Shown here: one piece after another, positions 34,001-51,048 of the stretch
Layout of the letters: every line of letters starts with the position of its first letter
How positions within the stretch are numbered: position 1 is the stretch's first letter
DNA from: Terriglobia bacterium
GTDB lineage: Bacteria; Acidobacteriota; Terriglobia; JAJPHL01; JAPKYU01
Reading direction: 5' to 3'
Assembly (NCBI GenBank): GCA_965206645.1
Contig: CBDBKE010000003.1
Span: 480,001 to 544,000 of the forward strand
Length of the DNA stretch: 64,000 nucleotides
Notes under the pieces: model-generated
Told to the model about the DNA's origin: nothing
Seen by the model: only the letters and a program-made list of their open reading frames with translations
Databases searched by the model: none
Position numbers and translations under genes: made by a program

Positions 34001-35339
34001 GCCAGGCGACATCTTCGTGGGCAAGGTAACCCCCAAGGGGGAAACCCAGCTGACCCCCGAGGAGAAACTGCTGCGCGCCATCTTCGGCGAGAAGGCGGGC
34101 GACGTGCGCGACGCCTCGCTCTACTGTCCCCCGGGCATTGAGGGCATTGTCGTGGATGTGAAAATTTTCTCTCGCAAGGGCCAGGAGAAAGACGAGCGCG
34201 CCAAGACCATTGAAGCCGCCGAGGTCACGCTCCTGGAAAGGAACTTGGCTGACCAGATCAAGATCCTTACCGACGAGCGGCGGAGCCGCTTGATGGCCCT
34301 GCTGGGTGCGAAGAGGCTGCTGGCCGACCTGCATGATGAGCGCACCAATAAGCGCCTGCTGAGCAAGGGCACGGTGCTGACACCGGATTTAATTGCCCAC
34401 ATCAAATCGCGAGACCTCAAGCGCATGAAGTTTGCCGACCGCGACCCGCGGCTCAACGAAGAGGTCGACGAGATTGAAGAGATGACGTCGCGGCAGATTG
34501 ACGTGCTGCAAAAGATCACCAAGGAGAAAGAGGAAAAGCTGAAGAAGGGCGATGAGCTGCCGCCGGGCGTGATCAAGCTGGTGAAGGTCTACATCGCCAT
34601 GAAGCGGAAGCTCTCGGTGGGCGACAAAATGGCTGGCCGGCACGGCAACAAGGGCGTCATCGCCCGGATCGTGCCCGAAGAGGACATGCCCCACCTGCCC
34701 GACGGCAAACCGGTGGAGATTGTGCTGAACCCGCTCGGGGTGCCTTCGCGCATGAACGTGGGCCAGATCCTGGAGACGCACCTGGGCTGGGCGGGCCAGG
34801 TGCTGGGGTTGCATTTCGCTTCCCCTGTCTTCGACGGCGCCACCGAGACCGAGATCAAGAAGATGCTGAAACAGGCAAACCTGCCCCTGTCCGGCAAGAC
34901 CGTGCTGTACGACGGGATGAACGGTGAGCCGTTCGAGCAGCCGGTGACGGTGGGCTACATCTACATGTTCAAGCTCTCGCACCTGGTGGACGACAAGATC
35001 CACGCCCGCTCGATCGGTCCCTACTCGCTGATCACCCAGCAGCCACTGGGGGGCAAGGCCCAGTTTGGCGGGCAGCGCTTCGGCGAAATGGAGGTGTGGG
35101 CTCTGGAGGCCTACGGCGCCGCCCACATCCTGCAGGAGCTGCTCACCGCCAAGTCCGACGACGTCTATGGCCGCGCCAAGATCTACGAAGCCATCGTCAA
35201 GGGCGAAGCGGCGATGGAGCCGGGAGTGCCGGAATCCTTCAACGTTTTGATTCGCGAGCTTCAGTCGCTGTGCCTGGACGTGGAACTGATGAAGCGCAAG
35301 AAAGAGCCGTTGGACACAGCGGCGGCTGCAGCCGATTAG
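31041..35339 (+). CDS. rpoB: RNA polymerase beta subunit
   Basis: [22 protein letters not shown] and GGQRFGEME. Confidence 0.99.
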   Translation: MQTSLHGPHERIDFSKIGTTVPIPNLIEVQKKSYDRFLQMDRLPSEREDLGLQSVFNSVFPITDFRGISSLEFVDYSIGNWECKCGNLKGLHHLRSTCQNCAATIITNPFAIGQEVLCSRCGTFNTNVVAFCNKCGDPVGLQLKYDVAECQERGMTYSAPLKVTIRLTIYEKAPETGAKSIRDIKEQEVFFGEVPLMTENGTFIINGTERVIVNQLHRSPGVFFDVANQRTYFLGKIIPYRGSWVEFEYDAKNLLYVRIDRKRKFLGTIFLRALGLKNDEEILRCFYQVERIRLEDKKLYWQVSEGLLGMKLSHQVLQPRSGEVLMHAGRKITPQVLKELQKGRVQQVEISLHDLEGAFTVADVVNQESGEVLAEANSELTSNLLSILQDAKISEFSVLFPERDEVGPVISQTLRRDIIKTSQEALIEIYRKLRPGDPPTLETATSLFQGMFFDPRKYDFSRVGRLKLNIKLGADSSLDNRTLEQEDFFATIRYQLKLRRNIGSVDDIDHLGNRRVRAVGELLENQFRIGLVRMERAIKEKMSVYQEISTAMPHDLVNAKPVMAAIREFFGSSQLSQFMDQTNPLSEITHKRRLSALGPGGLSRERAGFEVRDVHPTHYGRICPIETPEGPNIGLISSLSCYAQINEFGFIESPYRKVEKGRAVDYVTIINGGDTGLKVAEHVEKRRLEESNRETKARHKRVAEYEPYCFYLSAWEEDKYVIAQANVELDENGRIVPELVNARQAGNFVLKSRDEIDFIDISPKQLVSVAASLVPFLENDDANRALMGSNMQRQAVPLLRADAPLVGTGMEYVTARDSGAVVLCRRNGTVETVDSERIIVRAEGEGEPGTMSAAIHADVYRLTKFKRSNQNTCINQKPVVRRGERVGRGQVLADGPCTHRGELALGRNILVAFMPWRGYNFEDAIVVSEKLVKEDNFTSIHIEEYEIEARDTKLGPEDITRDIPNIAETFLRDLDESGIIRTGATIRPGDIFVGKVTPKGETQLTPEEKLLRAIFGEKAGDVRDASLYCPPGIEGIVVDVKIFSRKGQEKDERAKTIEAAEVTLLERNLADQIKILTDERRSRLMALLGAKRLLADLHDERTNKRLLSKGTVLTPDLIAHIKSRDLKRMKFADRDPRLNEEVDEIEEMTSRQIDVLQKITKEKEEKLKKGDELPPGVIKLVKVYIAMKRKLSVGDKMAGRHGNKGVIARIVPEEDMPHLPDGKPVEIVLNPLGVPSRMNVGQILETHLGWAGQVLGLHFASPVFDGATETEIKKMLKQANLPLSGKTVLYDGMNGEPFEQPVTVGYIYMFKLSHLVDDKIHARSIGPYSLITQQPLGGKAQFGGQRFGEMEVWALEAYGAAHILQELLTAKSDDVYGRAKIYEAIVKGEAAMEPGVPESFNVLIRELQSLCLDVELMKRKKEPLDTAAAAAD

Positions 35340-35472
35340 CGCTGTGGCGGTTGACAAGAGGAATCTGGATGCACGCAAAGGGCACCAACAGAACCGCTGC
35401 GCGAGCAGTTGGCGTCTGGATGCGTAAATTCTGGTTTCTTAGCCTTGGGGCGAATGCCCAGTGGAGGATGCC

Positions 35473-39657
<4,185 letters not shown>

Positions 39658-39744
39658 CTGCTCGTTCTGGGCTCTGGCTTCGACCGCCCCGAGCCCGACA
39701 AGCGGCCAGGCACGGCGCTACTCCCCATTACTAGACGGGCCGTT

Positions 39745-40950
39745 TCAGCGTGCTTTGCCGAAAATGCGCTCTAGGATGCCCAGGGCCCGGTCCACATGCT
39801 CTTCGCCGATGATGTAGGGCGGAAGGAAGCGGAGCACGGTGTCGTGTGTGCTGTTCACGAGCAGTCCGGCCTGCATCGCTTCGCTGACAATGGGGCGGGC
39901 GTCGAAATCCAGGTCAGCGGCCAGCATCAGCCCGCGGCCGCGCACAGCTTTGATAAAGGGAAACCGGCGCTGGAGTTGGCGCAGGCGACGCTGGAAGTAG
40001 GCGCCCACGCGCCGGACGTTCTTAAGCAACTTCTCCTGCTCTAGGATATCCAGGAATTCCAGGGCCACGCGGCAGGCCAGCGGCCCGCCTCCAAAGGTGC
40101 TTCCATGCATGCCGGTGCCTAGCGCGGCCGCCACCGGCTCGCGGGCGATGATGGCGCCCAGCGGCAAGCCCGCGGCCAGGGGCTTGGCCGCCACCACGAT
40201 GTCCGGCTTCACCCCAAGGCGGCGAAAGGCGAAGTAGTCGCCCGTCCGCCCCAACCCGCACTGGATCTCGTCCAGGATGAGCAGGGCGTCATACTGGCGC
40301 GCCAGTTGTGCGGCCGCGCGCAGGAATTCCAGGTCCAACTCGAAGATGCCGCCCTCCCCCTGGATGGGTTCCAGCAGAATCGCCGCCGTATGCTCGTTGA
40401 CTCGGGCCCGCAGGTCGGCCACGTCATTGAACCTGACGAACTCCACGCCGGGCAGCAAGGGGCGGAACGGCAGGCGGTACTTCTCTTGCCCGGTGGCGGC
40501 CAGGGCGCCCAACGTGCGTCCGTGGAAGGAGTTATCCAGCGCCACCAGGTGAAACTTGTTCTGCGCCTTGGCGCAGTAGGCCCGGGCCAGTTTGAGCGCG
40601 CCCTCGATTGCCTCGGTCCCGCTGTTGCACAGAAAGACGCGGTCCAGGCCGGCGAGCTTGGCTAGGCGCGCCGCTAGGGGCGCCTGGTAGGCGTGGTAGT
40701 ACAGGTTGGATACGTGGATGGCCCGGCGAGCCTGCTCCCGCATCACCTTCACGATGCGGGGGTGCGCGTGACCCAGCGCGTTTACCCCCAGGCCGCTGAG
40801 GAAATCCAGGTACTTGCGCCCTTCGGTGTCGTACACCCAGCAGCCGCGCCCGCGCTCAATCGCCAGCGGGTAGCGGGCATAGGTCTGAATCAGGTACTTC
40901 TTTTCCAGCTCTTCGATCGACGGTAAACGCCGCTTTTGCCTCGCGCGCAT
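39745..40950 (-). CDS. argD: acetylornithine aminotransferase (class III PLP enzyme)
   Basis: NSGTEA, SFHGRT, EPIQGEGG, DEIQCGLGRTG and HGSTFGG. Confidence 0.85.
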   Translation of the reverse strand: MRARQKRRLPSIEELEKKYLIQTYARYPLAIERGRGCWVYDTEGRKYLDFLSGLGVNALGHAHPRIVKVMREQARRAIHVSNLYYHAYQAPLAARLAKLAGLDRVFLCNSGTEAIEGALKLARAYCAKAQNKFHLVALDNSFHGRTLGALAATGQEKYRLPFRPLLPGVEFVRFNDVADLRARVNEHTAAILLEPIQGEGGIFELDLEFLRAAAQLARQYDALLILDEIQCGLGRTGDYFAFRRLGVKPDIVVAAKPLAAGLPLGAIIAREPVAAALGTGMHGSTFGGGPLACRVALEFLDILEQEKLLKNVRRVGAYFQRRLRQLQRRFPFIKAVRGRGLMLAADLDFDARPIVSEAMQAGLLVNSTHDTVLRFLPPYIIGEEHVDRALGILERIFGKAR

Positions 40951-41023
40951 GGCCGAAACTATATCGCAAACGACACTCCCGCATCAGCGGTTTCGGCCCC
41001 GACCGCAACTCTCGACCGCGACT

Positions 41024-41911
41024 CTACGAAGGCGCCACCACGGTGAGCGCGCCGGGGAATAGTTCCACTTCGGCCGGGGTGTGGCCGATAAATTCCCCAT
41101 CAGCGAAAATGTCTAGCGGGCGATCGGCTTCTACACGAACGCGCGAGGCCTGCAAGTAGGTCACCTCGGGGTGGCGCAGGTGGGTGCCGGAAAACACGCC
41201 AGGGAAGCGGAAAAGCAGCTTCAGCCGGGACATGTCGCGGACCAAACACAGGTCGAGCCGCCCGTCGGCCATGTCGGCGTGCGGGGCAATCCGCATGCCT
41301 CCGCCGTAGCTGGAAGCATTGCCGACGGCAAGCAGCATCATGGGTCCTCGAAGTTCGCCGCTGTCGCTTTGAATGTGAACCACCGGGACGCGCCACTCGA
41401 CCAAGGTGCGCAGCAGGGCGTAGATGTAGATGGCAGTGCCACGCAGGCGGCGGTGGCGGTTGGCGATGCGGTTGGCGTGAGAGTCCAGCCCGAAGCTGGC
41501 GATGCAGCCGAACCAGCGCCCCGCCACCCGCGCCAGGTCTACCCGACGCAGCGGGCCGGTGAGGGCCAGGCGCGTCGCTGCCTCCGTATCCCGCGGCAGG
41601 CCAAGGTTTCGCGCCAGGTCGTTTGCGCTGCCCAGCGGAACAATGCCCAGGGCCGCGCTGTTTTCTGAGGGGATTGTGCCCGCCCCGGCCAGGCCGTTCA
41701 GCACGTGATGGGCGGTGCCGTCGCCGCCCACGGCAACTACTCGTCCGTAGCCCGCATCGGCGGCTGCGCGGGCGCGCTCGAAAGCTTCCTCGGGCGATCT
41801 GGTCTCGGCCACTTCGGCGCCCAACTCCTGACACAACCGGCGCACCTGTTCCAGTTTCTTACGATAGTGACCGGGCCCAGCCGCTACATTCACCAACACC
41901 AGGGCTTTCAT
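41024..41911 (-). CDS. diacylglycerol/lipid kinase family protein
   Basis: VGGDGT, PLGSANDLA, YGGGM and DGE motifs. Confidence 0.9.
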   Translation of the reverse strand: MKALVLVNVAAGPGHYRKKLEQVRRLCQELGAEVAETRSPEEAFERARAAADAGYGRVVAVGGDGTAHHVLNGLAGAGTIPSENSAALGIVPLGSANDLARNLGLPRDTEAATRLALTGPLRRVDLARVAGRWFGCIASFGLDSHANRIANRHRRLRGTAIYIYALLRTLVEWRVPVVHIQSDSGELRGPMMLLAVGNASSYGGGMRIAPHADMADGRLDLCLVRDMSRLKLLFRFPGVFSGTHLRHPEVTYLQASRVRVEADRPLDIFADGEFIGHTPAEVELFPGALTVVAPS

Positions 41912-41926
41912 TTCACAGAAAAACGA

Positions 41927-42010
41927 ATCCGCAGATTACACAGATTTCGCAGATTCTGTCTTTCCGCACTTAGATTGGACCATCTGCGAAAATCTGCGAA
42001 ATCTGCGGAT
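41927..42010. repeat. REP-like inverted repeat built from CAGATT/ATCTGCG units
   Basis: ATCCGCAGATTACACAGATTTCGCAGATT ... ATCTGCGAAAATCTGCGAAATCTGCGGAT. Confidence 0.8.
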
Positions 42011-42022
42011 GAATCTTGCTTT

Positions 42023-43779
<1,757 letters not shown>

Positions 43780-43783
43780 GGCT

Positions 43784-44386
43784 TTACTTGGCCACGACAT
43801 GGCGGCCCTCAACGCGGATGCGGTCATTCAGTACGAGGTTAATGGCCTCGGAGTAGATCCGGTGCTCTTCGCGCAGGATGCGTGCAGACAGCGTGTCCGG
43901 CGTATCGTCATCGAGCACCGGGACGCAGGCCTGCAGGATGATCGGTCCGTGGTCCACGAACTCGTCCACAAAGTGCACCGTGCAGCCGCTCACCTTAACA
44001 CCGTATTCTAAGGCCTGGCGCTGAGCTTCCAGGCCTGAGAAGGCAGGCAACAGCCCGGGATGGATGTTCAAGATTCGGTCGCGAAATTCCCGGACAACGT
44101 GGGGGCTGAGCACGCGCATAAACCCAGCCAGGCACACCAGGTCCACCTGTTTTTCTCGGAGCGCCGCCACCACCTGGCGGTCGTAGGCCTCCCGCTCCAG
44201 GCCCTTGGAAGGGAGAACGCCGGTGGGCAGGCCGCGCTGCCGGGCCCGCTCCAGGCCCAAAGCATCGGGGCGGTTACTGAGCACGACGGCGATCTCGGCG
44301 TTGATACGGCCGGCGGCGACATTGTCGGCGATCGCTTCAAAGTTCGAGCCGCGGCCGCTGAGCAGGACCGCGATTCGCTTCTTCAT
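43784..44386 (-). CDS. purN: phosphoribosylglycinamide formyltransferase
   Basis: SGRGSNF, LAGFMR, LNIHP and GCTVHFV...DHGPII. Confidence 0.96.
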   Translation of the reverse strand: MKKRIAVLLSGRGSNFEAIADNVAAGRINAEIAVVLSNRPDALGLERARQRGLPTGVLPSKGLEREAYDRQVVAALREKQVDLVCLAGFMRVLSPHVVREFRDRILNIHPGLLPAFSGLEAQRQALEYGVKVSGCTVHFVDEFVDHGPIILQACVPVLDDDTPDTLSARILREEHRIYSEAINLVLNDRIRVEGRHVVAK

Positions 44387-44436
44387 CCCGACAACCCTCC
44401 TGCAGTTGCTTATCGCTCTGACCGGAGGTCTTGGCC

Positions 44437-45468
44437 TTACACGTACTCTACCCGGCCCTTGCCAGGGACGACCCGGCCGATCAGGTAATGTTGTTCCTTC
44501 AGCCGGTCCAGCAGCGCGGCCGCCCGACTGTGGCGCGTCGGGGGAACGATCAGGACTAGGCCGACGCCCATATTGAAAGTGCGGAGCATTTCGGCGTCGG
44601 CAATCGCTCCCAACTTTTGAAGATAGCCGAAAATTGGCGGAACGGGCCAGGAATCCAGTCGAATTCGCGCGCGCAGCTTGTGGGGCAAGACGCGCGGGAC
44701 ATTTTCGGTGAGGCCGCCACCGGTGATGTGGGCGGCAGCGGCCAGGGCGCCTTCCTGCTGGAGACTCCGCAGCACCTGGAGGTAGCTGCGGTGCACCCGC
44801 AGCAGCTCCTTGCCCAGGGTTCCCTCCAGTTCGGGAACGCGGGAATCCACCCGTAGCGCCGCTTGCTCGAACAGCAGCTTGCGGGCCAGCGAGTAGCCGT
44901 TGGTGTGCAGTCCGGTCGATGGAATGCCGAGCAGCAGATGACCGGCGCGCACACGGCTGGGGTCCAGAATCTTGCGACGTTCGACCACACCCACGATGAA
45001 GCCGGCCATGTCGTATTCCCCGTCGGCGTAGAACCCGGGCATCTCGGCGGTCTCCCCGCCAACCAGCGCACAGCCGTTGGCGCGGCACGCTTTGGCCACT
45101 CCGGAGATGATCTGCTCGGTGACGGGCTGCTTCAGGCGCCCGGTGGCCAGATAGTCGAGGAAGAACAGAGGCTCTGCACCCCCGACGGCGATGTCGTTGA
45201 CGCAGTGATTGACCAGGTCGGTGCCCACGGTCCGATGGTTGCCCGTAAGGAACGCCACTTTGAGTTTGGTGCCAACGCCGTCACAACTGGATACCAGGAC
45301 CGGGTCTCGCCACCGGCGCTTGGGCATGCGGAACAACCCCCCAAAGCCGCCAATTTCCGCCAGAACATCTCGGGTAAAAGTCTTGCGGGCCAGCAAACGG
45401 ATTTGGGAGCGGGTGCTGCGGGCCATCGCGCGGTTTACACCGGCGTCGGCGTAGGTGATGGGCTTCAA
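44437..45468 (-). CDS. purM: phosphoribosylaminoimidazole synthetase
   Basis: TYADAGV, DGVGTK, GGETAEMPG, GLHTNGYS and TFNMGVG; TTG start overlaps the lepB stop. Confidence 0.96.
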   Translation of the reverse strand: MKPITYADAGVNRAMARSTRSQIRLLARKTFTRDVLAEIGGFGGLFRMPKRRWRDPVLVSSCDGVGTKLKVAFLTGNHRTVGTDLVNHCVNDIAVGGAEPLFFLDYLATGRLKQPVTEQIISGVAKACRANGCALVGGETAEMPGFYADGEYDMAGFIVGVVERRKILDPSRVRAGHLLLGIPSTGLHTNGYSLARKLLFEQAALRVDSRVPELEGTLGKELLRVHRSYLQVLRSLQQEGALAAAAHITGGGLTENVPRVLPHKLRARIRLDSWPVPPIFGYLQKLGAIADAEMLRTFNMGVGLVLIVPPTRHSRAAALLDRLKEQHYLIGRVVPGKGRVEYV

Positions 45469-46274
45469 AACAGCAATCCTGTGCGGGCCCACCGGGTTTT
45501 GGAAAAGAAGTTCCTCACCACCGAGGCGTAGAAGCGAGCCCGATTCAGAACGCCTTCCTGAAGCCAGTCATCCGTGGGCGCCTCGTAGGACCAGTACACC
45601 AGCAGCGGCTTGCCGACCACGTTCTCCAATGGCACCGAACCCCAGAAGCGGCTATCGTTGGAATTGTCACGATTGTCGCCCATGACAAACAGGTGCCCGG
45701 CCGGGACCGTGGTCGGCCCGTAGTTCTCGCGCCGTCTTGGGTGGGTGTGCACGGCGTAGGGCTCCTTCAACCTTTGCCCGTTGATCAAGACCTGGTGGCC
45801 AAGCACTTCCACTCGGTCGCCCGGCACCCCGATGACGCGCTTCACGTAGATCAAGGAGGGGTCACGGGGATAGCGGAAGGCCACAATGTCCTGACCCTTC
45901 ACGTGGCGCACAGCCGGCAGCCTCCAGTCGGTGAACGGGATGCGTGGCCCGTAGAGGAGCCTGGTCAAGAATACATGGTCTCCCACCAGGATCGTGTTTT
46001 CCATGGAGGCGGTGGGGATGATCGTTGGCTCACCGACGAAGGTGCGAATCAGGAACACAAGGACCACGATGCTGGCCAGCCAGCGGATATGGGCTAACAC
46101 CGCCGAGCGACCAGACCGGGTGGCCCCGGACGGAGCTACCGGAGCAGCGCCTTCTCCAGTCTCCTCGGAAACGGCCTCGACCGGCTCTGGGGCAGCCATG
46201 GCTTGGCCGCACGAGCCTTCTCCGGCGGTATGCAGGAGAGCCGCGCCGGTCCCTTCACGTGCCTCGTCTTGCAA
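45465..46274 (-). CDS. lepB: signal peptidase I
   Basis: IPTASME (catalytic Ser), YVKRVIGVPGD (Lys) and MGDNRDNSNDSRFWG; start may be 46200. Confidence 0.92.
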   Translation of the reverse strand: MQDEAREGTGAALLHTAGEGSCGQAMAAPEPVEAVSEETGEGAAPVAPSGATRSGRSAVLAHIRWLASIVVLVFLIRTFVGEPTIIPTASMENTILVGDHVFLTRLLYGPRIPFTDWRLPAVRHVKGQDIVAFRYPRDPSLIYVKRVIGVPGDRVEVLGHQVLINGQRLKEPYAVHTHPRRRENYGPTTVPAGHLFVMGDNRDNSNDSRFWGSVPLENVVGKPLLVYWSYEAPTDDWLQEGVLNRARFYASVVRNFFSKTRWARTGLLF

Positions 46275-47670
46275 GGCCAGCCTCCAGCTCGGCGTTCGGC
46301 AACTCGGTAGGATACTTACGGGTGTAGCAGGCAGTACAGTAGCGGCTGTCCTGATCCTCCACCGCCCGCCGCAGGCTCTCCAAGGAGAGGTAGGCCAGCG
46401 AGTCGGCGTTGGTGTACTCGCGGATCTGCTCGATCGAGCAGTTGGCGGCGATCAGTTCCTTTTCGTTGGGAGTGTCCACGCCGTAGTAGCAGGGAGAAAT
46501 GGTGGGGGGGCAGGAGATGCGCATGTGGACTTCGCGGGCCCCGGCCTCACGGATCATGCGTACGATTTTTCGACTGGTGGTGCCGCGCACGATGGAATCG
46601 TCCACCAACACCACCCGCTGCCCCTCCAGCAGGGTACGCACCGGATTCAGCTTCAGCTTGACGCCAAAGTCGCGGATGGTCTGTTCTGGCTCGATGAAAG
46701 TGCGGCCCACGTAGTGGTTGCGGATCAAGCCAAATTTCAGCGGAAGGCCGGATTCGTTGGCGTAGCCGGCCGCGGCAGGGACGCCGGAATCGGGCACGGG
46801 AACCACAATGTCGGCTCCGGCCGGAGCCTCGCGCGCCAGCAACCGTCCCAGCATCTCGCGGGACTCGTGCACGGGGCGCCCGAAGACGATGCTGTCCGGA
46901 CGGGAGAAGTAAACGTGCTCAAAAATGCAATAGTGGTGCGGCATCGGCGCGCTGAACCGCGTCCGGGTAGAGCTTCCGGCCTCGGCCACCACCAACTCGC
47001 CCGGCTCGATTTCCCCATCGTAGCGAGCGCCCAGCAGGTCGAAGGCGCAGGTTTCTGAAGCAACGACCACGGCGCCATCCAGCTGGCCCAGGCAGAGGGG
47101 CCGGAAGCCGCGCGGGTCCCGCACGGCGATGAGCCGGTCGCGAGTTAGCAGCACCAGGGAATAAGCACCTTCCACCTGGTGCAGTGCCTCCGCAAGGGCG
47201 TCGATCAGCAGCTTCTGGCGCGAGTGGGCGATAAGGTGCAGGATGACTTCGCTGTCGCTAGTGGTCTGGAAGATGGAGCCCCGCTGTTCCAGGCGCCGGC
47301 GGACTTGCCGCGCGTTCACCAGGTTGCCGTTGTGCGCCAGAGCCAGCAAGCCTTTATTGCAGTCCACGGTTAACGGCTGGGCGTTGTTCAGCGAGGTGTC
47401 GCCGGCCGTCGAGTAGCGCGTGTGGCCGACCGCGAACTGTCCGTGGAGTGACGCCAGTGCGGGCTCGCTGAAGACTTCCGACACCTCTCCCATACCCTTG
47501 TGCGCGCGCAACTGGAGGCCGTCGCTGGCCACGATCCCCGCGCTTTCCTGGCCACGGTGCTGGAGCGCATGCAGCCCCAGGTAAACCAGCTTGGCCGCTT
47601 CCGGGTGGCCACAGACTCCCATCACACCACATTCGTCGCGGAACTTGTCCGGCCTGATCACTGCGGCCAT
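46255..47670 (-). CDS. purF: amidophosphoribosyltransferase
   Basis: Propeptide then ECG, LQHRGQESAG, VDDSIVRGTT and Fe-S Cys (CTAC). Confidence 0.97.
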   Translation of the reverse strand: MAAVIRPDKFRDECGVMGVCGHPEAAKLVYLGLHALQHRGQESAGIVASDGLQLRAHKGMGEVSEVFSEPALASLHGQFAVGHTRYSTAGDTSLNNAQPLTVDCNKGLLALAHNGNLVNARQVRRRLEQRGSIFQTTSDSEVILHLIAHSRQKLLIDALAEALHQVEGAYSLVLLTRDRLIAVRDPRGFRPLCLGQLDGAVVVASETCAFDLLGARYDGEIEPGELVVAEAGSSTRTRFSAPMPHHYCIFEHVYFSRPDSIVFGRPVHESREMLGRLLAREAPAGADIVVPVPDSGVPAAAGYANESGLPLKFGLIRNHYVGRTFIEPEQTIRDFGVKLKLNPVRTLLEGQRVVLVDDSIVRGTTSRKIVRMIREAGAREVHMRISCPPTISPCYYGVDTPNEKELIAANCSIEQIREYTNADSLAYLSLESLRRAVEDQDSRYCTACYTRKYPTELPNAELEAGLARRGT

Positions 47671-47700
47671 TATTGCTCCTGGTGCTTCCCCTCGTGGACT

Positions 47701-49956
47701 TCAGTTTTTCAGCTTTAGGTTGTCTGGCAAGGCCTGTTCCCAGATCACTTGCAATTCTTCGACGGTACTCTGGACCGCTGGGTTTCCGTTCACACTTAAC
47801 GAGAACCGTCCCGGTCGGGTCACGCCTAGCTCGTCGGCGCTGACCTCATATTGTGCCGCAATCGAATCCAGCGCGGCAAGGCGATTCTCCGCCACCGACA
47901 CCACAATGCGGGAGGAAAATTCAGCGAACAGGGCCAGTTGCGGACCGAGCGCGGAATCCAGGTTGGCCTCCAGCCCCATGCCGGAAAGGCAAGATTCGGC
48001 CAGCGTCACGACCAGACCCCCATCGCTGACGTCGTGGGCCGATTCAATCACGCCCTGGCGGACCAGCTCACGGCAGCAGGCCTGAACCCGAGCCTCATAC
48101 TCCAGATCCAGTGCGGGCGGCAACCCCCAGACACACCCCAGCACGCTGCGGGCATATTCGGTGGAACCGAAGCGCACCGCCGCCTCGTTGACGTCGCCGT
48201 CGGGGATGCCTCCTAGCAACACGACGCGGCGGCCGGCTGCGCGGAAGCAGTACCCGAGTGGCGTGGCGTCCTTTTCCAGCAGGCCCACCATGCCGACCAC
48301 CGGTGTGGGGTAAATGCTCTGGCCCAGTGTCTCATTGTAGAAGCTGACGTTGCCGCCGGTGACCGGGGTCTGGAGGGCGCGGCAGGCTTCCGCCAGGCCT
48401 TCCACGGCCTCAGCGAACTGCCACATGACTTCGGGTTTTTCCGGATTGCCGAAGTTCAGGCAATTCGTGGCGGCGATGGGCCGCGCCCCAGTGCAACTCA
48501 CGTTGCGACTGGCTTCGGCGACCGCCAAGCGCGCGCCCAGGCGCGGTTCCAGCCAGGCGTAACGTCCGTTGCCGTCCAGGCTGATGGCCAGACCCTGGCC
48601 TGTTTCTTTCAAGCGGAGGACAGCCGCATCGCTGCCTGGCCCCGCGATGGTGTTGGTGCGCACCATCGAGTCGTACTGCTCCCAGATCCAGCGCTTGCCG
48701 GCGATGGTGGGCGAGCCCAGTAGCTGTTTGCAGTCGGCGGTCAGGTTGCGCGCCCCGAAGCCGTGGCGGAATTCCAGGGGAGGCTCCAGCGGAACGGGCC
48801 GGGGAGCCGGCTTGCGCGGGCGCAGGTAAGCCGGGGCCTCCCGCGCCAGGGCGGCGTTGGGAATGTCAGCCACCACCCGGCTGTGATGGCGCACGCGCAG
48901 CCGCTGGTCGTTGGTGACTACGCCGATGGCCACTGCGTCCAGGCCCCACTTGTGGAAGACCGCAGAAATTTCCTGCTCCCGCCCGCGTTCGGCCACCAGC
49001 AGCATCCGCTCCTGCGACTCGCTGAGCATGATTTCGTAGGGAGACATGCCCGTCTCGCGCTGCGGGACCCGGTCCAGTTCGATCTCGATTCCAGTGCCAG
49101 CCCGCGCGCCCATTTCGCAGTTGGAGCAGGTGAGCCCTGCGGCGCCCATGTCCTGGATGCCCACGACCGCCCCGGTCTGCATTGCTTCCAGGCACGCCTC
49201 CAGCAGCAGTTTCTCCAGGAAAGGGTCGCCCACCTGGACGTTGGGGCGTTTCTGCCGGGATTCCTCCGTGAACTCGGCCGAGGCCAGCAAGGACGCCCCG
49301 TGAATGCCGTCCCGGCCGGTCTTGGCCCCCACGTAGATGACTGTGTTTCCCGGCCCGCCGGCACGCGCAAAAAACAGCCGCTCAGCGGGAGCCACGCCCA
49401 GGGCAAACACGTTGACCAGCGGGTTGGAGCTGTAGCACGGCTCGAAGACAGCCTCCCCTCCCACCGTCGGCACCCCGAAACAGTTGCCGTAGTGGGCGAT
49501 GCCCCGGACCACCCCGTCCAGGATGCGCCGGTTCCGCGCCGCTTGGGCGTCTGTCTGCACGGGCCCAAATCGCAGCGAATCCAGCACCGCAATGGGCCGT
49601 GCGCCCATGGTGAAGATGTCCCGCAGGATGCCGCCTACCCCGGTGGCTGCGCCCTGGAAGGGCTCGACAAAACTGGGGTGGTTATGCGATTCGATCTTGA
49701 AGACGCAGGCCCAGCCGTCGCCAATGTCAATGACGCCGGCGTTCTCGCCGGGGCCCTGCAGCACGCACGGGCCCTCGGTGGGCAGGTTCTTTAGCAGCAG
49801 GCGCGAACTCTTGTAGCTGCAGTGCTCGCTCCACATCACGCTGAAGATGCCCAGTTCGGTCAGGTTCGGCTCTCGCCCCAGCAGTTCGAGGATCCGGGCG
49901 TATTCTGCGGCGGTGATCTGGTGTTGCGTGACTACGTCGGGAGTAATCGTGCTCAC
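47701..49956 (-). CDS. purL: FGAM synthase subunit PurL (small type)
   Basis: [26 protein letters not shown] and HDVSDGG. Confidence 0.97.
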   Translation of the reverse strand: MSTITPDVVTQHQITAAEYARILELLGREPNLTELGIFSVMWSEHCSYKSSRLLLKNLPTEGPCVLQGPGENAGVIDIGDGWACVFKIESHNHPSFVEPFQGAATGVGGILRDIFTMGARPIAVLDSLRFGPVQTDAQAARNRRILDGVVRGIAHYGNCFGVPTVGGEAVFEPCYSSNPLVNVFALGVAPAERLFFARAGGPGNTVIYVGAKTGRDGIHGASLLASAEFTEESRQKRPNVQVGDPFLEKLLLEACLEAMQTGAVVGIQDMGAAGLTCSNCEMGARAGTGIEIELDRVPQRETGMSPYEIMLSESQERMLLVAERGREQEISAVFHKWGLDAVAIGVVTNDQRLRVRHHSRVVADIPNAALAREAPAYLRPRKPAPRPVPLEPPLEFRHGFGARNLTADCKQLLGSPTIAGKRWIWEQYDSMVRTNTIAGPGSDAAVLRLKETGQGLAISLDGNGRYAWLEPRLGARLAVAEASRNVSCTGARPIAATNCLNFGNPEKPEVMWQFAEAVEGLAEACRALQTPVTGGNVSFYNETLGQSIYPTPVVGMVGLLEKDATPLGYCFRAAGRRVVLLGGIPDGDVNEAAVRFGSTEYARSVLGCVWGLPPALDLEYEARVQACCRELVRQGVIESAHDVSDGGLVVTLAESCLSGMGLEANLDSALGPQLALFAEFSSRIVVSVAENRLAALDSIAAQYEVSADELGVTRPGRFSLSVNGNPAVQSTVEELQVIWEQALPDNLKLKN

Positions 49957-49961
49957 ACGGA

Positions 49962-50684
49962 TCAGCGCAAAGCGTGGACTGCGAAGGAAGCGCGCCGGGC
50001 CGTCCACTCCACCATCGAGCGGAACACGAACAGCCCATCAGTGGAACCCAGGCGCGCATCGCTGGCGCGTTCCGGGTGGGGCATCATCCCCAGGACATTG
50101 CCGGCTTCGTTGACGATCCCGGCGATATTGTGCAACGAGCCATTCGGATTCGCTTCCAGCGTGACGGCGCCCTCCGCGGTCGAGTAGCGGAACGCTACCC
50201 GACCGTTGCGCTCCAGTTCCGCCAGCGCGTCAGGCTCGGCGAAATAATTGCCCTCGGCGTGGGCGATAGGAATACGCAGGACCTGCCCGGGCTCGCAAGT
50301 AAGAGTAAAGGGCAACGAGGTGTTCTCCACACGGAGGTGTACGGGGCGACAAATGAACCGCAGGCTGCGGTTGCGCAGCGTAGCTCCGGGTAGCAGGCCG
50401 GTCTCCAGAAGAATCTGGAAGCCGTTGCAGATGCCCAGCACCAACCCCCCTCCGTCCGCAAAGCGCTTCACCGCCGCCAGCACCGGAGAGAAGCGCGCGA
50501 TGGCGCCCGTCCGCAGGTAGTCGCCGTAGGAGAAGCCGCCGGGCAGGATCACCGCATCGGCGTTTTCCAGATCCTGCGACCGGTGCCAGATGAAGCTCAC
50601 CGGCTGCTGCAACTGCATTCGAATCGCCTGGTAGGCGTCGTCGTCACAGTTGCTGCCTGGAAAGACGACTACCGCGAATTTCAT
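49962..50684 (-). CDS. purQ: FGAM synthase glutaminase subunit PurQ
   Basis: [23 protein letters not shown] and MMPHPER. Confidence 0.97.
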   Translation of the reverse strand: MKFAVVVFPGSNCDDDAYQAIRMQLQQPVSFIWHRSQDLENADAVILPGGFSYGDYLRTGAIARFSPVLAAVKRFADGGGLVLGICNGFQILLETGLLPGATLRNRSLRFICRPVHLRVENTSLPFTLTCEPGQVLRIPIAHAEGNYFAEPDALAELERNGRVAFRYSTAEGAVTLEANPNGSLHNIAGIVNEAGNVLGMMPHPERASDARLGSTDGLFVFRSMVEWTARRASFAVHALR

Positions 50685-51048
50685 GTCCTGTCTCTATGAT
50701 ACCACAGCGGACGACGCCGATCACGACCGAAACTGGCCCGGAAAAGGCGCGCGGACACATGACGTTTGGAGGAGTTGATTATGGAAGGAAAGAGACGCGG
50801 TGCTGAAATTGGTCCCCCCCGCAGAAGGGAAGTCAAGATAGCATAACTTGGAGATAACGGGAAAAATGCGCGGGACGAACTTCAACCCACACTACAACTT
50901 CTCCAATAAATTTCCTGACAGGCTGCTGGTAAACCTTCGGAGCGACCACTGGCTTCCTCTGACATCTCTGCAGGTTGGCCAAATTTGCAAAGCCAAACTC
51001 CAGCAAGCGGTTCTCGTCGCCTGAAGCGGTGCGTGGCTGCGCAGCCTG

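Noticed and set aside
43784-45088. 434-aa ORF suggesting an extended PurN
   Set aside because: The upstream part is an alternate frame of purM; the real start is ATG 44386 after GGAGG
50708-50732. GGTCGTGATCGGCG (minus strand) resembling a ZTP riboswitch 5' segment before purQ
   Set aside because: No 3' pseudoknot element, and it lies upstream of the apparent -10 box
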